The position numbers and the translations under genes were made by a program. A model generated the notes under the pieces. It did no database searches and had not been told where the DNA came from. It worked only from the letters and a program-made list of their open reading frames with translations. Below are positions 54,450 through 64,000 of a stretch of 64,000 nt of DNA, piece after piece. The DNA lies in the NCBI GenBank assembly GCA_963741205.1, contig CAVUHW010000030.1, forward strand, positions 95,428-159,427. The letters run 5' to 3'. Source of the stretch: Nitrospirota bacterium. GTDB taxonomy: Bacteria; Nitrospirota; UBA9217. Numbering within the stretch: position 1 is the first letter of the stretch; the number at the start of each line of letters is the position of its first letter.

Positions 54450-55016
54450 TTATTTTTTCTCTTTCTTGATGGACCCCGGGTAAATCTTCATTGCACAGTC
54501 CTTGCAAAGACTACGAGCAAATTCCGAATTCCTATGTCCGCTGATATATGACTCCACCTCTTGCCGATATTCCGGGTCATCACGGAACTTTTTGCAGCTG
54601 GTACAAATAGGGAGCATATTACTCAGTTCCTCATTCCGCCTTAACGCACTATCCAATTCTTCGATGAGATTTTCTCGTTGCTGTAATGATATTCGTAATT
54701 TAATCAGCAAGGTCACAATCACATAGAAAACGAAGTAAATTGCCCCATTCCAAAATTCAATGGTAAACGAGGTATATTTTTTCCCGGCCATGATATCTGA
54801 ATACACTATCGTGATGATTGACAATAACGAAAACAATATTCCGGTTTTTTGCCCCACAAACCACGCAACATAAGCAATCGGAAACAAATAAAACAACTCC
54901 ATCCTTAGCTCATAACCTGTTACATAATCGACATATCCGATTACCATCGTTACGAAAAGACCGATGATTATATGAGATTTCCTTGGAAGACTGCTGAACC
55001 ATTCTAAAATGTTCAT
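54450..55016 (-). CDS. Membrane sensor-like protein with C-terminal LPICxxCKK domain
   Basis: Four TM segments (GYVDYVTG...FYLFPI), coiled coil, LPICTSCKKFRD...LCKDC. Confidence 0.8.
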   Translation of the reverse strand: MNILEWFSSLPRKSHIIIGLFVTMVIGYVDYVTGYELRMELFYLFPIAYVAWFVGQKTGILFSLLSIITIVYSDIMAGKKYTSFTIEFWNGAIYFVFYVIVTLLIKLRISLQQRENLIEELDSALRRNEELSNMLPICTSCKKFRDDPEYRQEVESYISGHRNSEFARSLCKDCAMKIYPGSIKKEKK

Positions 55017-55183
55017 ATGCCCCCCTTCCCTTTATTGCATTAGTCAGGGTCCCCTTCAATAACCAGCCTCAGTATATCACAGTAGCCCCTCATAGTAGCT
55101 TAATACTCTAGACTGTCCCCTGAATTATCGCTATAATGTGCCCTTACAATTCCTGACATCATTTTCCAACGAAAGGATTCTCA

Positions 55184-56038
55184 ATGTCGTTCAAGCATTA
55201 TTTCAGAACCTTTGGATTGGTCACACTCCTGGTTCTCGTTACAACATCGTCCGCTCTTGCCACTGAGGACTCGTCAGCTTCCCCTGCGGATACGCCGACT
55301 ACCAAAACAGAATCGGTTGAACTTAATAAGGCTTATTTCAGCGGCTATTTGAGCGATACCAAGAATATCCTGACATCACCGGCACGGTGGGACAAATCTG
55401 ACTGGCTTGAGGCCTCCCTCGTTACGGGTGTGGCTGTGGGATTGTACACGCAAGATGACAAGATTCGGTCATGGGTTCAAAAACATAAGAACACCACAAC
55501 AGAGAATTTGGCAGATGATGTAAAAAAAATTTACACCTTGTCTTTACCTGCCTTGGTTGGTCTCGGCGCTTACGGATACATAGCTCCCGATACAAAAGCC
55601 AAGACAACATTTCTCTTGTCTGCAGAGAGCTTTGTCATTACCGGCGCGTTTGTCCAAGTTCTGAAACACACGACGGGCAGGCATCGTCCCTATACAGGTG
55701 ATCCGCACGATACCTGGTCTCCTGGTTGGACCAGCAATGGTGCACACCTATCATTCCCGTCAGGTGATGCCTCGACAGCATTTTCAATAGCCAGCGTAGT
55801 TGCCACCGAGTACGATAATATGTTTATTCCTCCGTTGGTCTACGGGATTTCCACTCTCATAGCCCTCGAGCGGGTCCACAATGATGGTCATTGGGCGTCC
55901 GATGTCTTTGTAGGGTCCGCAATAGGGTATTATACAGGGAAGGCGATTGTAGCATCCCATTCAAAGAAGAGTAACGTGAGTTTTGAACCTCTGATAGACG
56001 GACAGGTGAGGGGCGTTCTGATGTCCTACCGGTTTTAG
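55184..56038 (+). CDS. PAP2-family phosphatase
   Basis: KHTTGRHRP, SFPSGD, ERVHNDGHWASDV. Confidence 0.88.
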   Translation: MSFKHYFRTFGLVTLLVLVTTSSALATEDSSASPADTPTTKTESVELNKAYFSGYLSDTKNILTSPARWDKSDWLEASLVTGVAVGLYTQDDKIRSWVQKHKNTTTENLADDVKKIYTLSLPALVGLGAYGYIAPDTKAKTTFLLSAESFVITGAFVQVLKHTTGRHRPYTGDPHDTWSPGWTSNGAHLSFPSGDASTAFSIASVVATEYDNMFIPPLVYGISTLIALERVHNDGHWASDVFVGSAIGYYTGKAIVASHSKKSNVSFEPLIDGQVRGVLMSYRF

Positions 56039-56115
56039 GACAGGGTTGCTCGATGGTCATTTTTACTAGCTTCGAAACAAGAACAGCACACGTTATTTGT
56101 GGGAAGAAGCTGCGG

Positions 56116-56655
56116 TTATGACTTTGACAACCATTTCTTTATTGCCGTCATAAATGAATGCGCCCTTATTTTCAGATTATGCCTAAACCGAGTAATCCAT
56201 CCCCTTGCCGCTTGCCACGCCGGTAGCTTGCGTACCTCAGAATAAAGCCATTCCTTCTTGTCCTTGAACCAATAGTAAAAAGCTGCGAATACCTTAATCT
56301 GTAGCAGCTTATCCTTGCTGATGATAAAGAGTCTCGTGACAAGGGCAGTTATCAATCCCTTTGCTATCACGAAGATTGTGACACCCCGTATCACCTTACC
56401 ATCCGCAATAAGATAAAGCCCGTACAATTTGGCTGGGATCATGATGAGAAAGGGGAACACAAATAAGGTAAGAAGAAGATATTGATTTTGTCTCGCGAGG
56501 AAGGTTTCAATTCGGTTGATAATTTTCAGTCGTCCTACAGCTTCCATAAGGACAACGATGCTATCCCACACCCAATCTTCAAACAGCATCCAGATTGTAG
56601 CAAGGATGATCAGCAGAAATCTGATGGCTCGCCTGAATAAGTTTTGTTTCTTCAT
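56116..56655 (-). CDS. Hypothetical membrane protein
   Basis: 179-aa ORF with three hydrophobic segments, FEDWVWD motif. Confidence 0.7.
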   Translation of the reverse strand: MKKQNLFRRAIRFLLIILATIWMLFEDWVWDSIVVLMEAVGRLKIINRIETFLARQNQYLLLTLFVFPFLIMIPAKLYGLYLIADGKVIRGVTIFVIAKGLITALVTRLFIISKDKLLQIKVFAAFYYWFKDKKEWLYSEVRKLPAWQAARGWITRFRHNLKIRAHSFMTAIKKWLSKS

Positions 56656-57023
56656 GTGGGTTGCCCTGAATCTTGTGCATCTTGTGCTGGGAAGGAGAAT
56701 TTCATGCTTGCCCGATTAGTATACAGCAGAACCGCCTTATCATGTTATCATAGAAGTTGGATGCCTTTTGTTGAAGGGTTCTGCGGGCTTTTCAGGCTAT
56801 TCAGGGTAGCTGTTTTTTAAGGAAGAACCTTCCCCTGTGAAGCGTGGTAATAAATCAAAGAGATAGGCATGTCAAGGTAATCTGAGTGTTGCAAAAAAAC
56901 ATCGGACAAGACTCGGACAAAAGCATTCCGGGTCTTTTTTTATTTTTTTTTACAACAGATAAAATCCGGCCGAGGGCAGCCACGCTGGCCCGACTGCTTT
57001 GTGTAAGCCTGCATGGGTGCAGA

Positions 57024-57650
57024 TCAGAGCTTTGGTATCCGTATGCGACTGATCATGAGTGAGCCAGAGACCGCGTAAAGCAATGCTATCGGATGAAGCG
57101 TGAAGCCCGCAAACACGACCTGTCCGAACCAGAGGGACTCGCGCAATGCTCCCTGTGAGGCAGCCCATAACATCAACAGTACCAGCAGCAGCGACGTTGG
57201 GATAGGAGTTCCTTCGAAGTACTTCACTTTGACTCCACCCTCAGACAGTGCCTCGGCCGTAATGTTGTAGCGCGCCAAGCGGGATACTCCACATGCAACA
57301 AAATAGGTCAGGATTACACGGTCATATAAGCCCTGCATGCCGCAACCGTATCCGATCAGGGCTGGGGCTACACCGAAGGAGATGACATCAGCGAGAGAGT
57401 CGAGCTCACGACCTATACCAGAAGTCTTCTGTCGCCACCGGGCAATCCGTCCGTCCAGGACATCGAAGACTAAAGCGGCAAAGACCATCCCGCCCGCAAA
57501 GTAGATATGAGTGACGTCGGTCGTTTGCAGGTACGTCAGCATGGAAAACATTGCCCCCGTGCCGCATACCGCATTTGCCAGCGTGAACCAGTCGGCAAGA
57601 TGGAACTCTCGAATCATGGAGAAGGGCTTATGCAGTTTATTTGTCTTCAT
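57024..57650 (-). CDS. CDP-alcohol phosphatidyltransferase (PssA-like)
   Basis: DVLDGRIAR...GRELDSLADVISFGVAP, SRLARYN, FEGTPIP. Confidence 0.9.
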   Translation of the reverse strand: MKTNKLHKPFSMIREFHLADWFTLANAVCGTGAMFSMLTYLQTTDVTHIYFAGGMVFAALVFDVLDGRIARWRQKTSGIGRELDSLADVISFGVAPALIGYGCGMQGLYDRVILTYFVACGVSRLARYNITAEALSEGGVKVKYFEGTPIPTSLLLVLLMLWAASQGALRESLWFGQVVFAGFTLHPIALLYAVSGSLMISRIRIPKL

Positions 57651-57694
57651 GGCGAACAGAACCTGCAATTCCTCTTCATTGCTATCCCGACTGC

Positions 57695-58249
57695 TCAGAA
57701 TGATCGCTGCCAGCGAATGCCCAGCCAGTCCGGCCCAATGATCGGCGCCAGATGGAGCGCATTCAGGGGAGTTACCGTGAGCAAGGCGACGCCGTAGCCC
57801 AGCGCACCACCGGCAATGACATCACGCCAGTGATGCTTGCCTATGTCGACACGGATATAGCTCACGGCACTTGCCAGCACCAGGGCCGGCGCGCCATACT
57901 TCCAGCCGTAGCGCTCCTGCAGGAATCCGGCCTGCGAAAACACGAAGCCGGCGTGTCCGGACGGAAAACTGTTGGAACCGCCGTTCGGCCGCGTGCCAAG
58001 GCTGGTTTCGTTGAAGACGAGGTTAAGGCTGGTATTTAGGACCTCATTGATCACCGTGGCGCGCAGCCACTGCTTTCCCCCTTCGCTATCGCCCTTGAAA
58101 TACGCGGTCCCGACCGACGCCAGCGGCAAAATAATGGTAATGATGTCGCCCTCCCCCTGGAGTTTTTTATTGCTGTCCGTAGCGGCCGCGGCCGTTCCGG
58201 CCTGCAGAACGAACATCGCCAGAATGGCGGCTGCATACAATCTGTTCAT
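57695..58249 (-). CDS. PAP2-family phosphatase
   Basis: RPNGGSNSFPSGH, RVDIGKHHWRDV; SD AAGGAG. Confidence 0.88.
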   Translation of the reverse strand: MNRLYAAAILAMFVLQAGTAAAATDSNKKLQGEGDIITIILPLASVGTAYFKGDSEGGKQWLRATVINEVLNTSLNLVFNETSLGTRPNGGSNSFPSGHAGFVFSQAGFLQERYGWKYGAPALVLASAVSYIRVDIGKHHWRDVIAGGALGYGVALLTVTPLNALHLAPIIGPDWLGIRWQRSF

Positions 58250-58441
58250 GAAAACTCTCCTTAAAGGAGATGATTTGGATGGGCCAAACTGCTTAAAAGT
58301 TTCGGGCTCATTGGAGACCTCAAGAAAAGCCAGATTATGTATTTTCACATCTTGGCGATTGCATGTGATCATAATAGCACAGAATTTGGTAGATAAAACT
58401 GAGCTTGTTATTGATAGAACGTATCAGAATTATGAAGGTAA

Positions 58442-58480
58442 ATATGACAGCCGGAGATCGACCCGGCTGTCATATTTTGT
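58442..58480. terminator. Long perfect hairpin / terminator
   Basis: ATATGACAGCCGG-8-CCGGCTGTCATAT with T-rich flank. Confidence 0.7.
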
Positions 58481-58588
58481 TTATTTATGAGACGGAATTC
58501 CGCCTATGGAACTGCGAATAAACACTGATGAACACAGATCGCATTGTTCTGCTGATTAATGTCCGTGTGAATCAGCGGCCACAACGCT

Positions 58589-59242
58589 TCACTGTTTTGT
58601 AAACACTACATCCGCAAAGTAACTCTCGGCCGATGACCCGGTGTGCTGAGAGTTAATCTGGAGCCGCATACCGCTTACCGGGGGCGGTTCCTCGCCAAAG
58701 AGCTTTTTGTAATCCTCGTAAACGTTCCGGGTCTCAGTAATCCACGCCCCCGTCCCGGCAACACCAGATCGCACTACTACGACCTTGACATGCATGAACG
58801 GGACCGGCGTCGTGTCCTCCGTAAGACCCTGCGGTGCGCTCGTGTCCCAGATGTAGACGATAGATTTGGTCTTGGTGAACGCGACGAAGAGCTGAGCGGC
58901 CTGGTCATCAGTCTTCGATTTTCTGAAATCGCCTCCGGCCGGCAGCTTGGTCACCTTCCACTTCCAGGTGAGCACCGGGAACCGCTTGAGGTCCACATTC
59001 ACCTCTTTCTGGAGGGAGAAAGACGTGTTCGCGCTCCGAAACCGAACGGCTGAGATGTCGCCGTCCCTGACGACCGCGAAATCCGCCTTCCCGGATTTTT
59101 CTTTGACCTGCCAGCCAGCGGGTACGCCGGCAGCATTGACCGCGGATGAAAATTCCGCGATCACAAATCGATCTTCCGCCCATACAGGACCGCAAAAAAA
59201 CAGGACGGTTGCTAACAGGATGTTCAACACAAAGGATAGCAT
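58589..59242 (-). CDS. DUF3047-domain exported protein
   Basis: PVLTWKWKV...GGD...DDQAAQLFVAF...YIW...W.TETRNVYEDYKKLFG. Confidence 0.82.
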   Translation of the reverse strand: MLSFVLNILLATVLFFCGPVWAEDRFVIAEFSSAVNAAGVPAGWQVKEKSGKADFAVVRDGDISAVRFRSANTSFSLQKEVNVDLKRFPVLTWKWKVTKLPAGGDFRKSKTDDQAAQLFVAFTKTKSIVYIWDTSAPQGLTEDTTPVPFMHVKVVVVRSGVAGTGAWITETRNVYEDYKKLFGEEPPPVSGMRLQINSQHTGSSAESYFADVVFTKQ

Positions 59243-59621
59243 AGGCACCTCCCGGATAAAAATCCCCTGCCTGTATCATCAGGTAATTAGCATGTTTCAG
59301 GCATAAGAACTCACCATGGAATATAAGTTTAATGTTTTTCTATCAAATCTTTGATGTGCTTTATCAGAATTAACATTCAAACGCTCCTCTACGCAAGCTA
59401 ATAGCACCATCAGAAGAATACGACACTTAATTTATTGGTCTGATATTTTGCGTCGGATTCAAGCCACAGCCCCTGATAGGACCTCATCTCCTCAATAGCA
59501 TCCTCATCACCTACACCTTCAATAAGCACCATACTTCGTCTTCTGAAATGTTGCTTCCGCCGGGACATTAGCTTTTAACCACATCTCATAGAGATATCTA
59601 TTAAACTTACATACCACGCTC

Positions 59622-61601
59622 CTAAATCTTCTTAAACACCACTATCCCCAGCGGCGGCAGGGTGAGTGAGAGAGACTGAGAGCGGCCGTGCATGGGCACC
59701 GGGACAGCTTCGACACCGCCGAAATTGCCGTGACCGCTCCCGCCGTACTCCCGTGCGTCGCTGTTCAGCAGTTCCCGCCAGAACCCGCCAGCAGGGACGC
59801 CGACGTGGTAGTCGTATCGCGCCACCGGCGTGAAGTTGCAGACCACCAGGACCGCATAGTCTGGGTTTCTGCCTTTTCTCAGGAAGCAGACAACGCTGTT
59901 GTCGGTGTCGGTACAATCAACCCACTCGAACCCGGCGGGATCGAAATCGAGCTCGAAGAGCGCTGATTCACCACGGTAGAGGATGTTCAGATGCTGCACC
60001 CACCGCAGCAGTCCCTGGTGGGGCGCGAAAGCGAGGAGGTGCCACTCCACGCTCCAATCGTGGTTCCATTCACGCCGCTGGCCAATCTCCCCGCCCATGA
60101 AGAAGAGCTTCTTCCCGGGATGGGTGTAGAGGTAGCCCAAGAGCAGCCGCATGTTTGCGAACTTCTGCCAGTCGTCCCCCGGCATTTTGCCCATGAGGGA
60201 TCCTTTGCCATGGACCACCTCGTCGTGGGACAGGGCGAGCATGAAGTTCTCGGTGAAGGCGTACCATATGCTGAACGTGAGCTGTCCATGGTGGTACTTG
60301 CGGTGGATGGGTTCCCGTGAGAAATAGAAGAGCGTGTCGTGCATCCATCCCATGTTCCACTTCATGCCGAATCCCAGACCGCCTGCGTAGACCGGCCGGG
60401 AGACCATGGGCCAGGCTGTGGACTCTTCGGCAATAACCTGCACGTCGGGGAAGACGCGATAGACCTCCTCGTTCATCTTGCGCAGGAACATGACGGCATC
60501 CAGGTTCTCCTTGCCACCGTACTTGTTCGGGATCCACTCGCCCTGTTTCCTGCCGTAGTCGAGGTAGAGCATGGAAGCCACGGCGTCGATCCTGAGGCCG
60601 TCGGCGTGGTAACGGTCGAGCCAAAAGCGCGCGCTGCTTAGGAGAAAGGACCGCACCTCGTGCCTGCCGTAGTTGAAGATATAGGTGTTCCAGTCGGGGT
60701 GGAAGCCCTTGCGCGGGTCCGCGTGTTCGTACAGGTGGGTCCCGTCGAAATAGCCGAGACCGTGCTCGTCGCTCGGAAAATTGGACGGTACCCAGTCAAG
60801 GATCACGCCGATGCCTTCCTGGTGTAGGCGATCGATCAAATGCATGAAGTCCTGCGGCATGCCGTAGCGGCTCGTGGGCGCGAAGTACCCCGTCACCTGG
60901 TATCCCCAGGACCCGAAGAAGGGGTGCTCCATCACGGGCATAAACTCCACGTGGGTGAAGCCCATGTCCTTGAGGTAGGACGGGAGCCACTCGGCCATTT
61001 CGCGGTAATTGAGCGACCGGTTCCCGTCCTCGGGCACCCGTCGCCAGGATCCGAGGTGCATTTCGTACACGGCAATGGGCGCGTCCGGCGCATTTCTGGC
61101 TTTTCTAGTCTGCATCCAGTCCTGGTCGTTCCACTCTTGACTAAGGTCCCAGACCACAGACGCAGTCCCCGTCTTGTGCGCCAGCTCCCAGGCAAAGGCA
61201 TAAGGATCCCCCTTGTCCGCGCTGTAGCCGCCGAGCTGGGAAACAATGTGGTACTTGTACAGACTCCTGTTCCCGAGGCTCGGGATGAACCCTTCCCAGA
61301 TGCCCGATCCGTCCTTGCGCGGTGCAAGCTGATGGGAGGCATTGTTCCAGCCGTTGAAGTCACCCATGACCGAAACCTTCTCGGCGTTCGGCGCCCATAC
61401 CGCGAAGAGCACGCCCGCCTTGCCGTCGACGGTCATGAGATGAGACCCAAGATTTTCGTACAACCGGGAGTGGCTGCCTTCCTTAAAGAGGTAAATATCG
61501 CGGTCCGTCAGCAAGCTCGGCCCATGGATCACAGGGCCTTGAGGCTTCGCTGCGGCTGTTTGGTCTTGTGGTGACAGATTCTTTTTCTTTTTTTCAGCCA
61601 T
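59622..61601 (-). CDS. glgB: 1,4-alpha-glucan branching enzyme
   Basis: [50 protein letters not shown]. Confidence 0.97.
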   Translation of the reverse strand: MAEKKKKNLSPQDQTAAAKPQGPVIHGPSLLTDRDIYLFKEGSHSRLYENLGSHLMTVDGKAGVLFAVWAPNAEKVSVMGDFNGWNNASHQLAPRKDGSGIWEGFIPSLGNRSLYKYHIVSQLGGYSADKGDPYAFAWELAHKTGTASVVWDLSQEWNDQDWMQTRKARNAPDAPIAVYEMHLGSWRRVPEDGNRSLNYREMAEWLPSYLKDMGFTHVEFMPVMEHPFFGSWGYQVTGYFAPTSRYGMPQDFMHLIDRLHQEGIGVILDWVPSNFPSDEHGLGYFDGTHLYEHADPRKGFHPDWNTYIFNYGRHEVRSFLLSSARFWLDRYHADGLRIDAVASMLYLDYGRKQGEWIPNKYGGKENLDAVMFLRKMNEEVYRVFPDVQVIAEESTAWPMVSRPVYAGGLGFGMKWNMGWMHDTLFYFSREPIHRKYHHGQLTFSIWYAFTENFMLALSHDEVVHGKGSLMGKMPGDDWQKFANMRLLLGYLYTHPGKKLFFMGGEIGQRREWNHDWSVEWHLLAFAPHQGLLRWVQHLNILYRGESALFELDFDPAGFEWVDCTDTDNSVVCFLRKGRNPDYAVLVVCNFTPVARYDYHVGVPAGGFWRELLNSDAREYGGSGHGNFGGVEAVPVPMHGRSQSLSLTLPPLGIVVFKKI

Positions 61602-61642
61602 GGATGCCCTCGCTTCTGATTGCAAGCAAAAATGCATGAACA

Positions 61643-61993
61643 CTAAAAGCGGCCGTCTTTTGCTTTGAGCGGCAGGTTTTCGTAGCGGATAAACTCATTC
61701 TTCTGCAACGCCAGGAAGGCATCCCTGCTGGCTTCAATATCCCTGAACGCACCGACTTCCCAGAGTTTCTTTTCCACGAATTCTTCACGCGAATAGCCCA
61801 ACATATAGATCAGATACGGGTTGACGTCGTTGATCAAACCCGTTTCGGCATTCAGAATCAAGATGCCGTCCTGGGCCGATTCGAAAAGACGGCGATAACG
61901 AAGCTCCGACTTTATGAGCGCCTGGTCCACCCCTGTCTGTCCGGAGACGGGCATATTGGCCGGCGTTTTTTCAGTTGCGGCAGTGCGCTTCAT
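61643..61993 (-). pseudogene. Truncated PAS-domain protein
   Basis: SELRYRRLFESAQDGILIL...[12 protein letters not shown] then stop mid-domain. Confidence 0.6.
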
Positions 61994-64000
61994 GGTGCCC
62001 CCTCTGTGTCCCTGCCAACGATTTTTTTCAGTTCGCATTTATTCTCATACATTCTCTCATCGCTCTGTTTCAACGCTTCCGCAAGTTGATCTTTGCTCTC
62101 CGCGGAACCGACTCCGAAAGCGATGCTCACCTGGCACTTGACGATCTCAGGGCAGTTCATGATCCTCTTGACCGCTTCCTCCGCAACGTGTTTGTTCTTC
62201 CGCGGAAGAAGAACGGCAAACTCGTCCCCCCCGATACGGGCAACGATGTCCTCGGCGCGGAATGCTCCCAGGATGATCCGGGCCGCCATCCGGATCAGAT
62301 TATCACCCGCTTCATGCCCCAGGGTGTCATTGATTGTTTTCAGATTGTTTACGTCCGCCATCACGATGCTCAGGGGAAACATTTTATCATGAGCCAGCCG
62401 TTCAAGCTCTTAATCGAAAAATGCCCGATTATAGAGGCCGGTCAACATATCGTGCGTGCTGTCGTGACGGAGCGTTATTTCCACTTCCTTGCGGCTCGTA
62501 ATGTCATGGGCGATGCCGATGATCCCTATGACCGCTCCCGCGTCATTAAAGATGGGTGTTTCGATCCTCTCCATGTGCTGCATCTTCCCGTCCCGGCCGA
62601 TACGGGACTCTTCGAAATAGGTACGCGTACCCGTCGCCATGGCATCCCTGGAATTTTTCTCGTATATCACGGCAATTTCGCGGGGATAAATATCATAAAC
62701 GTTCTTCCCGACCACATCCTTGGGTTCCTTGCCGATTGACTTGCCAAAGGGATCGTTTACCGCCACATACGTTCCCTTCCGGTCCTTCAGCCAGGCGCTG
62801 TTGGGGATATTGTTAAGAATTGCCTGCTGCTGCCGGATGACTTCGCTGATCCGCTCCTCCACCAGCTTGCGTTCCGTAATGTCTTCCATGGCCAGCAGAA
62901 TAATGTGCGAACCGATATTTTTCCGAAAGATCTGACGGGCGTTGAGCAGGATGATCTTTCGGCCGATGCCGGGAAAATCATGTTCCACTTCATAGCCGTT
63001 GAACACGGCATCATGGGGGAGGATCGCTTCAAAAAGCACCCGCAGCTTAGGAATGTCCCACTGCCGGTTGCCGAGGTCGTAGATGAAATTCCCGATGGTA
63101 TCCTCGGGCGTTACCTTGAAGGTATCATAGAACCTGTGATTGGCCGTGAGGATCTTCAATTCGGCATTCAGCACCACCAGGGGCTCACGCACGGTTTCCA
63201 CGATATTCTCGGCATATTCCCGGGCATCCTGGATCTCCGCTTCCAACTGCTTGCGTTCGGTGATATCTTCCATTGCCAGAAGGATGATCCGATCCTTGCC
63301 CATGCCCTCGCTTTATTTGCCGGGCATTCAAAAGCATGATGCGCCTGCCAATGGCGGTAAAATCGTGTTCAACCTCATAGTTGTCAAAGGTTGTCTTCTG
63401 GGGAAGGATGGTTTCCAGCAGTTCCCGCAGCTTGGGGATGTCCCACTGTTTATTGCCCAGGTCATAGATAAGCTGCCCCACGGTCTCTTCAGGCTTTACC
63501 TTGAAAAATTCATAAAAGGAACGGCTGACGGTGATCACCCGGAGGTCCTGATCCAGGGAGATCAAGGGTTCACGCACCGTGTTGATGACGCTCTCGGCGA
63601 ATTCGCGGGAATCTTCTTCATCGTCATTCAGGAATTTTATTCTGAGAAGCGATTTTACCCTGGCTAAAAGCTCGTGTTTATCAAAAGGCTTGAAGATAAA
63701 ATCATCACATCCCGACTTAAGGGCTTTTACCCTGTCTTCGCTCTCCTTATGCGCCGTGATCATAATTACCGGGATACGCCCTTTTTTTTTATCAGCGCGT
63801 AATTTCTCCAGCACTTCGAAGCCGGACATTCCTGGCATCTTTACGTCCAGCAGAACCAGATCGATTTGATTACTGGAAAGTTTTTCCAGCGCTTCTTCAC
63901 CGCTTGTCGCCTTGAAAATTTCATATCCCTCCGTGACAAGATGCGCTTCGAGAAGTTCAATGTTTTGGAGCTGGTCATCGACAACTAATATTACTGGTTT
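61990..64000 (-). CDS. REC-PAS-PAS-PAS-GGDEF diguanylate cyclase (indels; 5' end outside window)
   Basis: ILVVDD...LLDVKMPG receiver; two near-identical PAS plus a third PAS; HDMLTGLYNR; RAED I-site and GGDEF. Confidence 0.9.

Noticed and set aside
59250-59620. Gene in the AT-rich gap between glgB and DUF3047
   Set aside because: Only short interrupted frames with no motif I can identify.
8131-63838. Mass pseudogenisation or programmed frameshifting (dozens of split genes)
   Set aside because: Breaks are scattered single-base indels, often in homopolymers or GC runs, in essential genes whose fragments are otherwise undiverged. This is typical of unpolished long-read consensus.

Overview
GC-rich chromosomal window from an anaerobe, probably Nitrospirota- or Desulfobacterota-like. 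That placement is inferred from the Geobacter-like hemL-atpZ-atpI order, c7 and Cbc-type cytochromes, and System II cytochrome c maturation. Many conserved genes (hemL, argF, purD, thiC, thiE, rph, nrfD, resB, resC) are split by single-base indels, most likely long-read consensus errors, so I rejoined frames by hand and some ends are approximate. Content: LysR plus a divergent microprotein, tex, a divergent RelA/SpoT-like nucleotidyltransferase, and a respiratory cluster (c7 triheme, ~11-heme NapC-anchored cytochrome, CbcSTU-like tetraheme/FeS/NrfD module) directly behind hemL-atpZ-atpI. Then mobB-tatC-tatA, queF, argD-argF, a tnpB-only IS200/IS605 element, resB-resC, an IS1380 with terminal repeats and target duplication, VKOR-Trx, PIN-PhoH, tsaC, DUF89, purE, nif3, purD, larE and IclR. 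Then rph, a TPP-riboswitch thi operon, rtcB-archease, cobU-(truncated cobT)-cobS-cobC, a tRNA-Gly-like 3' fragment bordering a lower-GC accessory stretch (PAP2s, pssA-like, DUF3047), glgB and a REC-PAS-GGDEF cyclase. Best leads: (1) an exported rhodanese selenoprotein (YCRGEG-U) with a SECIS-like hairpin, truncated in the ORF track; (2) a stand-alone RSH-like enzyme with non-canonical substrate motifs; (3) atpZ/atpI followed by a quinol-oxidoreductase/multiheme operon instead of atpB-atpE. No CRISPR array, rRNA or complete tRNA was seen. No database search was possible; family calls rest on motif recognition.
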